A DNA stretch of 61,543 nt from Nitrospirota bacterium (GTDB taxonomy: Bacteria > Nitrospirota > UBA9217): contig JAOUEV010000013.1 of assembly GCA_029858565.1 (NCBI GenBank), forward strand, positions 1 to 61,543, given 5' to 3'. Positions within the stretch are counted from its first letter, which is position 1. Every line of letters starts with the position of its first letter. A program made the translations under genes and the position numbers. Below, piece by piece: positions 27,925 to 36,444 of this stretch. The notes beneath the pieces were generated by a model. The model made no database searches and was not told the origin of the DNA. It saw nothing but the letters and a program-made list of their open reading frames with translations.

Positions 27925-29949
27925 TTAATTACTGCACTCATCTAATATCTTATTTAGGGCAGCACCATATTCGGCGAGCAACTTCTCCGCTTTTTGATAT
28001 TCGCGATAGAATCGGTATTCCTCTTCAGATATCCCAGACTTTTTATATACTGCTATAAACTCAGCAACTTCACGTTTTTGCGATTCGAAGAGAAGTCTCC
28101 ACTTCGCTTCATATTTCGGGCCTGTACAGAGGTAGGTACATATAGCACAATTAGTTCTTCCAACTCTTTTTCCACAGGGCCCTTCGCTTGCATGTTTTAT
28201 GCACTGTCCTAGTTCAACTTCTCGCTCTCCCAAGGCAAACTCGGCATACAGGACTTTACGTTCTTCTTCGCTAAATTGACTTAAGTGCTCTTCAGATATC
28301 TTTGTCATAAATTTCTTTTCAAAGAACTCATGGTTCATAGTAGCCAAATTCATTTTACGAACTTCAGCATACACACTATCTGTTGTCCTCTGACTAAGGT
28401 GGCCGAGAAACTGTCTTACTTCAATCGGAGATGCTTTATTTTCGACCATGTTCACCGCGACAGTTTTACGACATTGGTGCGAATTAAAATCCCAGATATT
28501 TCCATCATGATCCGTAATAGAATGTTTAGCAATAAGCATGCGAACTGGCAGTGTAAATCCTGTCGCACTAAGCACACTAATCTTACTCGTATAATCTGTT
28601 GTCTTTCTAAGAAAGATAAGTTTAGATTGTGCCAGTAACCGGAGATCAGCTGTCAGCCGTTCCTGTGCATGAATTGCATTGACCACGTCAAGATCTTTCA
28701 CTCCTATTTCATGATAGTCGGGAAGCCCTCTTTTGCGACGTTTCTTTAATATTTTAGGAGACACGAATCTAAGTATATGCATTCCAAGATCATCGTCATA
28801 CGTCAAACACCCTTCTTCAAGAAGAGATGCTTCCTGGTAGCGTAAACCTTGCCCCATCATGATTACTAAGCAGTTGCATACATCGTCGGGCAATTCCAGG
28901 CGATGTAGCAGTAGTTGTTCTACAACCTCCTCAGCAATGTATTGAGCTGAGTCATAATAGTCTTGCATGTTCTTAAAGCTAACACTTCTGAAAGGATTAG
29001 TTGAGATTGTCGGCTGTTCATTGAGCACTTTCTCTTCAAGTTGTATTAAGTAGTCCCACATTTGATTTAAAACCTTAAAATGGCCACGGATTGAAGCCAT
29101 CTTTAATTTTTTACCCTTGTACGATGTTGCCTCATAGGACAGATAGTTTAAGAGCTTTCTGACGTCAGTTATTGAGACAGCCGCAGGATAACTTACTCCG
29201 GCATTCTCCGACAAAAAATTGAGCGCTCTAGCTACCATACCGACAATATTATTGCTCCGGAAGCTATCAACTTTCTTAAACCACCTTTTTTTAGCAAGGT
29301 ACCGTTTGAATGCTATCTTGAAATGATGATTCCTTATTACCGAAAAATCAAAAGTTGCACTCTGCAGACTAGTTTCAGCATTAGTCCAGAAAACAGTCCA
29401 TAGATCTAGATCCAGTCGCATCGCATCGCTATTTGATAATGGCAACACCACGCGCTGCTTCCTTTCTTCATCGCCAATCACTTCATAAATGCACTTCATA
29501 TGCTTACGATAATCATCCCAGCTATCATCGTTAGCACCTGCCCGATAGGATTGAGCTGCCGCATTGAATACAGCATTGAAGAAAGAAGCTTCTCTGATGA
29601 TTATTCTTTTTTTCGTTAGTAGCGATGCTTGGCGCGACAAGTAATTGCGGAACGCAACTGGCCATAATGTAAAACCGACCCTGATAATTTTCGTTATACC
29701 GAAGCGCCGTCCTATTAAATCATGAATCGGCTCATCAGTTTCCAATCGGTCTTTCATAGCAAATAACAAATCTCTATAGATAGGCCCTATACTGCGTTCG
29801 TGACTTTTAATGAGCAGCAAAAATAAATCTTCCTCATTAAAATGATCCAGCGTTTCGAGACGTGAGAATGATTTGCACAGCTTATATATTGGCTGGCTCC
29901 TTCCTCCCCAATGTTTTGATTTATTTTTAACGATATCCAAATTGTTCAT
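27925..29949 (-). CDS. Tyrosine recombinase 2 (Tn554 TnpB-like size and architecture)
   Basis: GLRYQEA, SHQCRK, LGHLSQRTTDSVY; C-terminal Cys cluster. Confidence 0.88.
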   Translation of the reverse strand: MNNLDIVKNKSKHWGGRSQPIYKLCKSFSRLETLDHFNEEDLFLLLIKSHERSIGPIYRDLLFAMKDRLETDEPIHDLIGRRFGITKIIRVGFTLWPVAFRNYLSRQASLLTKKRIIIREASFFNAVFNAAAQSYRAGANDDSWDDYRKHMKCIYEVIGDEERKQRVVLPLSNSDAMRLDLDLWTVFWTNAETSLQSATFDFSVIRNHHFKIAFKRYLAKKRWFKKVDSFRSNNIVGMVARALNFLSENAGVSYPAAVSITDVRKLLNYLSYEATSYKGKKLKMASIRGHFKVLNQMWDYLIQLEEKVLNEQPTISTNPFRSVSFKNMQDYYDSAQYIAEEVVEQLLLHRLELPDDVCNCLVIMMGQGLRYQEASLLEEGCLTYDDDLGMHILRFVSPKILKKRRKRGLPDYHEIGVKDLDVVNAIHAQERLTADLRLLAQSKLIFLRKTTDYTSKISVLSATGFTLPVRMLIAKHSITDHDGNIWDFNSHQCRKTVAVNMVENKASPIEVRQFLGHLSQRTTDSVYAEVRKMNLATMNHEFFEKKFMTKISEEHLSQFSEEERKVLYAEFALGEREVELGQCIKHASEGPCGKRVGRTNCAICTYLCTGPKYEAKWRLLFESQKREVAEFIAVYKKSGISEEEYRFYREYQKAEKLLAEYGAALNKILDECSN

Positions 29950-31112
29950 TTACTTCTCGATTCCATATTGACGCGCCTACGAGCCTTTTCTGCAGCGTTT
30001 TTAATAATTACCTTACTTCGCAGATTTCTGTAATTCTCTAATGGCGCAAGTGATGCCCACCCAACCAGTTGGCGAATAGTTTCATGATTTTCGCCAGCTT
30101 CAAGCAAGCCCTGAACAAAAGTTCGCCTACCAACATGTGTTGCTACTTCAGAAGAATCAATCCCTGTTTTCTCTACGGCCGTCTTCAGAACACCCCACCA
30201 GTTCCGATATTTCACTGCCTTGCCGTAAGAGTTCTGACGTTTTTTAAGATTTAGAAACATCCACTCGAGATAATCACCAAGATCACTCTCGACATCAGCC
30301 CGTTCTGTTGTGATGTACTTATCAAGAAAGTGACCTGTTCGTATGTCGTGAAAGGCGACAGTACGTATTAAATCTTCTTCTGTACTGGGACGACCTTTTG
30401 AGCGTGAAGGTTTGAGTGTCAGCTCTCCTGCATTATACGATGAATACTTAACGCTAAGAACTTCGTCGATACGCATACCTTCACATAGCAGCATAAATAT
30501 TGATTTATCTCTTACTGTGTTAAATTGTTCAAGAATAGTCGTTATCTCTGAATTTGTAAGCCAATGTTTCTTATATCCAGATGGCTTGAGTCTCATGTGT
30601 TCAATATCGATAAACTCATCAGCTGACTTATCGTAAATCATGCCATATTTAAAACCTCGAGATGCTTTAAACCGTACTCTCGACTTCTTTTTTGCCGATG
30701 TCTGCGGTGAATAAATGCTAACGTATCCATCAAACCATCGATAGAATTCCTGAATCGCAGTGATTGTGCCAACGAGAGTCCGAAAGGTAATGTCGGAGTT
30801 GATTTTCAGCACCGTTTTATTACTGTGTAATCCGTATGCGATGTAATCTTTGAATGTTTCGAGATCAGCAACAGTCGCATCAAAATATTCTGTCTTGTGC
30901 ATATGAAGATAATTTAACCATGAGGCTAAACTGTAAGCATAAGTTCTCCCAGTTCCTGCAGAATTGGCGCTCTTCCTGTCTAAGAATTGATTTACAGAGT
31001 CAACTGGTAAAAAATCACGATATATATACCACCGCTGTAGATAACCATTTCTTTTTTTAGGGAGAAGGGCCTCCTTAACCAAATAGGTTGAAACTGTTAA
31101 CTGTCTACCCAA
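29946..31112 (-). CDS. Tyrosine recombinase 1 (Tn554 TnpA-like)
   Basis: SAM-like N-terminus (TGRTYAYSL), GMRIDEVL, SKGR, THVGRRT, LVGWASLAPLENY; TTG start with GGAGG RBS. Confidence 0.88.
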   Translation of the reverse strand: MGRQLTVSTYLVKEALLPKKRNGYLQRWYIYRDFLPVDSVNQFLDRKSANSAGTGRTYAYSLASWLNYLHMHKTEYFDATVADLETFKDYIAYGLHSNKTVLKINSDITFRTLVGTITAIQEFYRWFDGYVSIYSPQTSAKKKSRVRFKASRGFKYGMIYDKSADEFIDIEHMRLKPSGYKKHWLTNSEITTILEQFNTVRDKSIFMLLCEGMRIDEVLSVKYSSYNAGELTLKPSRSKGRPSTEEDLIRTVAFHDIRTGHFLDKYITTERADVESDLGDYLEWMFLNLKKRQNSYGKAVKYRNWWGVLKTAVEKTGIDSSEVATHVGRRTFVQGLLEAGENHETIRQLVGWASLAPLENYRNLRSKVIIKNAAEKARRRVNMESRSK

Positions 31113-31187
31113 AGTACCACCTCCATAACAAAGACTCAGAGAGACCGGTTTTTAGCTGAGCGGAGGTAATATATCACGATCACCAAC

Positions 31188-31216
31188 AAAAAAAAGACCA
31201 TTAAATTAATGGTCTT
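31188..31216 (-). terminator. Terminator-like hairpin inside the element end, upstream of the recombinase operon
   Basis: Minus strand AAGACCATT-AATTT-AATGGTCTT followed by a T-run. Confidence 0.6.
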
Positions 31217-31268
31217 ATGATATTCTATATCGTTAATTAAATATATCGTAATTAAAAACTAAAGAAAA
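31215..31268. repeat. Element end B: terminal IR plus recombinase-binding box array
   Basis: Minus strand TTTTCTTTAGT from 31268; ATATCGT boxes at 31227 and 31243, TTATGATAT at 31215. Confidence 0.8.
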
Positions 31269-31869
31269 CCGAGCCCAGTGTGCCCATTTCCCGATGCTGT
31301 CGCTTTTTGGCCGTGTCGGAAACCGCATCCGGATCAGCCCCTTCCACCCGGCCGTGGTTCTCTATATACTCCAGGTCCTCGGATACACCATATCCCCTCT
31401 TTACAGCCCACTCGGCCCCGCCCATCAGCATTTCGTCAATCTGAGCGCTGTTCAGCGCAATGAGACCTTCCGATCCGACCCCCGCAGGAATGCGGTTATA
31501 GAACTGGTCCACGAGCCGTTCCAGCTTTGGTGCGATCGCTTCCAGCGACATGCCTGTTTTCATGGTCCTGACCCCGCAGGAAATGTCGAAACCCACCCCT
31601 CCCATGGAAATGATACCCCCCTCTTCGGGATCGAATGCTGCGACCCCCCCGATGGGGAAACCATAGCCCCAGTGAGCGTCAGGCATTGCCATTGATGCAA
31701 GCTGTATTCCGGGAAGCATCGCAACGTTCGTGATCTGCTCCCGTACTTTTTCGTCCATTTCCAGGACAAGTTTTTCCGATGCAAAGATCCTCCCGGGCAC
31801 CCGCATATCGCCGGTCCTGGGAATCTCCCAGAGATGTTCGTTGATCTTGTCCAGTACTCGGATATCCAT
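31269..31869 (-). pseudogene. rtcB: 5' part of host RtcB (archaeal/archease-associated long type), interrupted
   Basis: MPDAHWGYGFPIGGV, GVGFDISCGVR; ends EMGTLGS at the element junction. Confidence 0.93.
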
Positions 31870-31953
31870 ATTTGAAAACTTACTCAAAGACCTGTGCGTT
31901 GATTAGAACGATCCAATCTCCCGATGTCTGCACAATACCCCGATGGCTTATGT

Positions 31954-32370
31954 TCAAACATCTACCACACATTCCGCAGAGTAGCCCCCGTTCCGTTCTA
32001 CCACCGATAGCATGTGATAGGTGGCCCCTTTTACTTCCACATGGGCATCATGCTTCTCGCGGTCCAGAGGCTCACCCCAGACAATGCCTCTCAATCTGCA
32101 TCCGTCGATAATGACTTGGAACCGGGAGAATACCAGACGCTCTATATCTGAGAGCGCGAGCAGGCCATTCAGCCACTCGACCAGCAGCAATTCCCTGTCC
32201 GGCGCCTCAACTTCCACTTCCCTGCAAACAATGGGAGTTACGCGGGAGAGATTTACCATAACTGAATAGAGTGCCATTGCTGCATGTGCGAATGCTTCCT
32301 CAACAGTCGCACCATTCCCCCGGATTCCAATATCGGCCTCATGTTCGAATGTCTCGTATGCTATCATCAT
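31954..32370 (-). CDS. Archease
   Basis: FEHEADIG, EVKGATYH, VVDV C-terminus; directly upstream of rtcB. Confidence 0.92.
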   Translation of the reverse strand: MMIAYETFEHEADIGIRGNGATVEEAFAHAAMALYSVMVNLSRVTPIVCREVEVEAPDRELLLVEWLNGLLALSDIERLVFSRFQVIIDGCRLRGIVWGEPLDREKHDAHVEVKGATYHMLSVVERNGGYSAECVVDV

Positions 32371-32419
32371 GAATCCTGGCTGCAAACAGGAGCAACCTTT
32401 ACGTCATCGGCATCCTTTT

Positions 32420-33433
32420 TCATGACCATATACCTGCGAGCGGCTCATGACACACCCCGCAGGCGCCCCCCTTGATAGTATTTTCCAGGATAGTATATCC
32501 GAACCGCTTGATCACTGATGCTCCGCATTTGCCGCAAAATGTCACTTCACCCTCTCCCGGCACATTCCCTTCATACACATAGCGAAGGCCCTCGCGAAAA
32601 CCAATTTCCCTTGCCTGTTTTAAAGTTGCCATAGGAGTACTGTCTCTGTCGGTCATTTTATAGGTGGGATGGAACCTTGACACGTGCCAGGGAATATCCT
32701 TCGAAATCGACCGGATGAAGCGCGCGATTGCGGTCAATTCTTCCTCGCTGTCATTATGACCGGGTATCACAAGCGTTGTGATTTCGGTCCAGATTCCGAG
32801 TTCCGCATAAAGCCGTATAGACTCAAGGACCGGATCCAAACGCGCTCCGCACACGTTCCTGTAGAACTCGTCCGTAAATGCCTTCAGATCGACGTTGGCA
32901 GCATGGAGATAAGGGCGGATATCTTTGAGCGCTTCGGCAGAGATATAACCGTTGGTAACAAATACATTTCGCAACCCTCGTTCAGAAGCAAGCTTCGCCG
33001 TATCCAGGGCGAGTTCATAGAATATGGTCGGCTCCGTATAGGTATACGAGATGCTGGAGCATCCCGAGCGCTCAGCAGCATCAACGATCTGCCGCGGGGA
33101 AACGCTTGTACCTATCATCGCGGCCTTATGGTTGCGCGGCAACTGCGAAATGTCCGCATTCTGACAATGTTTGCAGCGAAAATTGCACCCCGGTGTGGCA
33201 ATTGAGTAAGAACTGCTGCCTGGCAAAAAATGAAAGAGCGGCTTCTTTTCAATGGGATCTATGTTCTGCGCGATTACGCGGTCGTATACAAGTGAGTACA
33301 GCACTCCGTCGCGGTTCTCCCGGACAGCACAGATTCCCCGCTTACCAGGCTCGACCAGGCAATGATGCCTGCAGAGTCCGCACCGGACCTTTCCGCCCTC
33401 AGTTCCATCCTGAAACAAAGCACGCATCGTCAT
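32420..33433 (-). CDS. AmmeMemoRadiSam system radical SAM enzyme
   Basis: CGLCRHHC..GICAVR, DPIEKKPLFHF, GCNFRCKHCQN, YTYTEPT, RFHPTY. Confidence 0.88.
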   Translation of the reverse strand: MTMRALFQDGTEGGKVRCGLCRHHCLVEPGKRGICAVRENRDGVLYSLVYDRVIAQNIDPIEKKPLFHFLPGSSSYSIATPGCNFRCKHCQNADISQLPRNHKAAMIGTSVSPRQIVDAAERSGCSSISYTYTEPTIFYELALDTAKLASERGLRNVFVTNGYISAEALKDIRPYLHAANVDLKAFTDEFYRNVCGARLDPVLESIRLYAELGIWTEITTLVIPGHNDSEEELTAIARFIRSISKDIPWHVSRFHPTYKMTDRDSTPMATLKQAREIGFREGLRYVYEGNVPGEGEVTFCGKCGASVIKRFGYTILENTIKGGACGVCHEPLAGIWS

Positions 33434-33455
33434 ACTGTTCCTTGCTCCAGAGCGA

Positions 33456-34262
33456 TCAACGGCCATGCTGATGACTATCGATAGCCATCCCTTTTTCCTG
33501 CAGCCGCTCATCCTTGCGTTTGTGGTTCACTGCTTCCGCCTGGATTTTTGTCTTACAGCTGCCGCATATAATATCCGGCGACTGCGATCCGCATACCAAG
33601 CACAGACGGTCCAGTCCGCTCGCCTTTTGCCCTTCGGCCTGGAATATCTTCTCCAGAAATTCACTTTCAGGCACATGTCCTTCTAGATGGAGTGCCTCTC
33701 CAAAAAGCGTATAGGGGAGAATTCTGACCTTGTGCTTCGACAGCAGTTCAGGGTATTCATCTGCGACAATGATCTCAGTTGACACAAGACGGTTCGTCAA
33801 CGCTAACCCCACCGCGGTCTGCGCTACCGGCATGCAGAGAGAACACTCATTTTCAAGCAACACCTTGACGGACACTCCCTTTTCAAGAAACGCCAAGGTT
33901 CCCGAGATCTGCGACGGGAACCATTCCCGGTCCGTCGATCCGGCAGTGAGCGCTTCGAGCAGCAGCAACAGAGAAACACCTTCCATAGAACCGCTGAACG
34001 AAACTGTTCGGCCGCCAGCACACTGGACTACGAAAGATGGCGTGCGTTTGACACCATACTCAGTGGTCTTATCCCGGTCCATGACAATATCATAGACCTC
34101 CAACGCTATTTTGCCTGATGCCGCTTTGATCGCACTGGCCAGCTCGCGGGCAGAGTGACATTCATCGCAATTCGTTTCTCCCGTAAAAAGCACCAGCCGG
34201 ACGGGATTTTTCATTCCCACCAGCGCATCCCTGATGAGTTTTAGCGTATTGTCCCTCAGCAT
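33456..34262 (-). CDS. Two-thioredoxin-fold protein disulfide oxidoreductase (AhpF N-terminal/PDO-like) with C-terminal Cys motif
   Basis: CDEC and CSLC motifs; CLVC..CGSC near the C-terminus. Confidence 0.7.
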   Translation of the reverse strand: MLRDNTLKLIRDALVGMKNPVRLVLFTGETNCDECHSARELASAIKAASGKIALEVYDIVMDRDKTTEYGVKRTPSFVVQCAGGRTVSFSGSMEGVSLLLLLEALTAGSTDREWFPSQISGTLAFLEKGVSVKVLLENECSLCMPVAQTAVGLALTNRLVSTEIIVADEYPELLSKHKVRILPYTLFGEALHLEGHVPESEFLEKIFQAEGQKASGLDRLCLVCGSQSPDIICGSCKTKIQAEAVNHKRKDERLQEKGMAIDSHQHGR

Positions 34263-34416
34263 GATGTCACCTCTTTTTCAGGATTTGCCGTTCGAATTAA
34301 TTATACCAGAAGGAACGTCCCGAAACGTGCTGATGCCAAGAAATGCTTGTATTTCAGGATAGGTATGCTATAATCTCAGCCAAGATTACATTACGTGAAA
34401 GGGGGGTTGCACGGCC

Positions 34417-34737
34417 ATGGTGAAAAAGATTTTGACACTCGCGATAGTTTTAGGGTTCGTAATTCCCATAGCAGCAGCTGCGCAGAAGGTTGGTGGAGGT
34501 GACATCAAGTTCACCCCGAAGAACGCAAGTCCCGTCACGTTCAGCCATGAACTTCATGTTAAGGGAAAAGGGATCAAGTGCACCGGTTGTCATTACCAGA
34601 TTTTTCAAATGGCACAAGGGTCCTATAAGATGGACATGTCCAAGATCACCAAAGGAGACTTTTGCGGCAAATGCCACAACGGTCAAAAGTCGTTCGACGT
34701 GAAAGGCTCGGAGAATTGCGCCAAGTGTCATAAATAA
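34417..34737 (+). CDS. Periplasmic triheme cytochrome c (c7-like)
   Basis: Signal peptide, FSHELH, CTGCH, CGKCH, CAKCH. Confidence 0.9.
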   Translation: MVKKILTLAIVLGFVIPIAAAAQKVGGGDIKFTPKNASPVTFSHELHVKGKGIKCTGCHYQIFQMAQGSYKMDMSKITKGDFCGKCHNGQKSFDVKGSENCAKCHK

Positions 34738-34748
34738 GAGGGGGTATC

Positions 34749-35069
34749 ATGCGGCGAGCCGAGCTTCTTATCACACTTATAACAACCTTGTTCATAGCAT
34801 CCTCCGTATGGGCTATCGGCGGAGGCGACATTACATTCAAACTTGCCAATGCCGATCCTGTTCAATTCAGTCATGACTACCACGCTAAATCACGAGGCCT
34901 AAAGTGTGCGGCATGCCATTTCAACAGGTTCGCGCGGGGCACGGGCTATGAAATGACGAAAGAGGCCATCACGAAACGGGGATTTTGCGAACATTGTCAC
35001 AATGGCATGAAGGGTTTTGATGCTGCGTCCGATCGCAACTGCGCTCGGTGCCACAAAAAGCAACCTTAA
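34749..35069 (+). CDS. Periplasmic triheme cytochrome c (c7-like)
   Basis: Signal peptide, FSHDYH, CAACH, CEHCH, CARCH. Confidence 0.9.
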   Translation: MRRAELLITLITTLFIASSVWAIGGGDITFKLANADPVQFSHDYHAKSRGLKCAACHFNRFARGTGYEMTKEAITKRGFCEHCHNGMKGFDAASDRNCARCHKKQP

Positions 35070-35082
35070 GGAAAGGACCCTT

Positions 35083-35415
35083 ATGAAAATCGGATCAGGA
35101 ATAGTTCTGCTGCTGGCATTCCCTCTTCTATTTGTCCCGGTGACTGCAGTGGCGAAGATCGGCGGCGGTGATGTGACTTACGAGCCGAAAGGCGCTGGCA
35201 AGGTCGTGTTCCAGCACGAATATCATGTGAACTTGAAAGGGATGAAATGCAATAGCTGCCATTACAAGACGTTCCAGATGCGCGGCGGGGAATCACAGTA
35301 CAAGATGGATATGGCGACACTGACCAAAGGGATGTTCTGCGGCAGCTGCCATGACGGGAAAAAAGCCTTTGCTGTAAAGGACGCAGCCTCCTGCAAACAT
35401 TGCCATAAGGAATAA
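35083..35415 (+). CDS. Periplasmic triheme cytochrome c (c7-like)
   Basis: Start ATG 35083 (AAGGA RBS); FQHEYH, CNSCH, CGSCH, CKHCH. Confidence 0.9.
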   Translation: MKIGSGIVLLLAFPLLFVPVTAVAKIGGGDVTYEPKGAGKVVFQHEYHVNLKGMKCNSCHYKTFQMRGGESQYKMDMATLTKGMFCGSCHDGKKAFAVKDAASCKHCHKE

Positions 35416-35427
35416 CGCTTCAACAGC

Positions 35428-36168
35428 TTATCGGTCCCCGTTCTGGGGATCAAGGACGCCCAACATAATTTCAGCCACTTCAGCGGGTCTCGACGTCATC
35501 ATGTCGTGACCCGCATCCACTTTGTGAGGTACAACGCCGAGCCGTTCTGCGAAAGGTGTGGTCATATCAGGCGGCAAGCTTTTATCTCTCAATCCCTGAA
35601 TATACGTTCGGGGTATCGTTACTTTCGGAAAGATCTTAAACCGTATCTTCTCAAAGAACACCTCAAGAGGCTCCGGCGTCAACTGCCTCAAATAGGATTC
35701 TTGTTCAGCACCCTCCAGATCGGTGAAATACATCGGCCTCAAGGCTTCAATAGTGCCAAATACCTCTTTAGTCTTTCCCCGCAGAAAGCGAAGAGCATCT
35801 TGCCGTTCCTTGGGAAGAAGATCTATTAGCGCCACAGAATCATAAGGCACTACCGCTGCGAGATAAACCAGATGTCTGATCCTTTCGGGAATATCCTCTG
35901 CAAGTTTGCTTATGACAAAACCCGACATGCTATGTCCCACCAGTACAAGATCATAAAGATTCTCACGCCTGATAAACTGCGCTACATCTTCAATGTAGCT
36001 TGTCATGGTGAGACCCTTCCGGTCGTCTGACCGGTCCCCATGCCCGGGAAGATCCACTGCAATCGGATTTGCTCCACCTCGGAGGAGCCGCGTCATCAAC
36101 CGGTCCCATAACCATGCACCGCGCATAGCTCCATGGATCAGCAAATAGTTTGCCATGGATTCAAACAC
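35428..36168 (-). CDS. Alpha/beta hydrolase (esterase)
   Basis: LIHGAMRG, DLPGHG, VGHSMSG nucleophile, AGHDMM. Confidence 0.88.
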   Translation of the reverse strand: MFESMANYLLIHGAMRGAWLWDRLMTRLLRGGANPIAVDLPGHGDRSDDRKGLTMTSYIEDVAQFIRRENLYDLVLVGHSMSGFVISKLAEDIPERIRHLVYLAAVVPYDSVALIDLLPKERQDALRFLRGKTKEVFGTIEALRPMYFTDLEGAEQESYLRQLTPEPLEVFFEKIRFKIFPKVTIPRTYIQGLRDKSLPPDMTTPFAERLGVVPHKVDAGHDMMTSRPAEVAEIMLGVLDPQNGDR

Positions 36169-36444
36169 TCCTCATCGCGTCTACCGGAAAACAAGTTGGC
36201 TTCTCCTCTAAACGGAACAATTGTCCATAATACCAGGCCATCGTTTAACCTGAGATTTAGATATTGTGATGATTGATCCTAACTTATGCGCGTGAAACAT
36301 CTGATGAAGCAATCGGTTATGTTGACTTTTCACATTCCCTGTTGACAAGTTGTGAGTAAACCTGTGGGAAATAAAAAAGTTCAAGCCTATAATAAGCCAA
36401 TCGTGCAAAATGCTTAATAAATAGGCTTTCAATAACCTTTATTA

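Larger units (their letters stand above)
8162..31268 (-). mobile_element. 23.1-kb rtcB-targeting integrative element (Tn554/RIT-like, three tyrosine recombinases plus TnpC-like protein) with defence cargo
   Basis: Splits rtcB; the two halves rejoin in frame (601+830 nt = 477 codons); terminal IR TTTT(A/C)TTTAGT; AT-rich ends with ACGATAT boxes; recombinase genes at one end. Confidence 0.92.
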
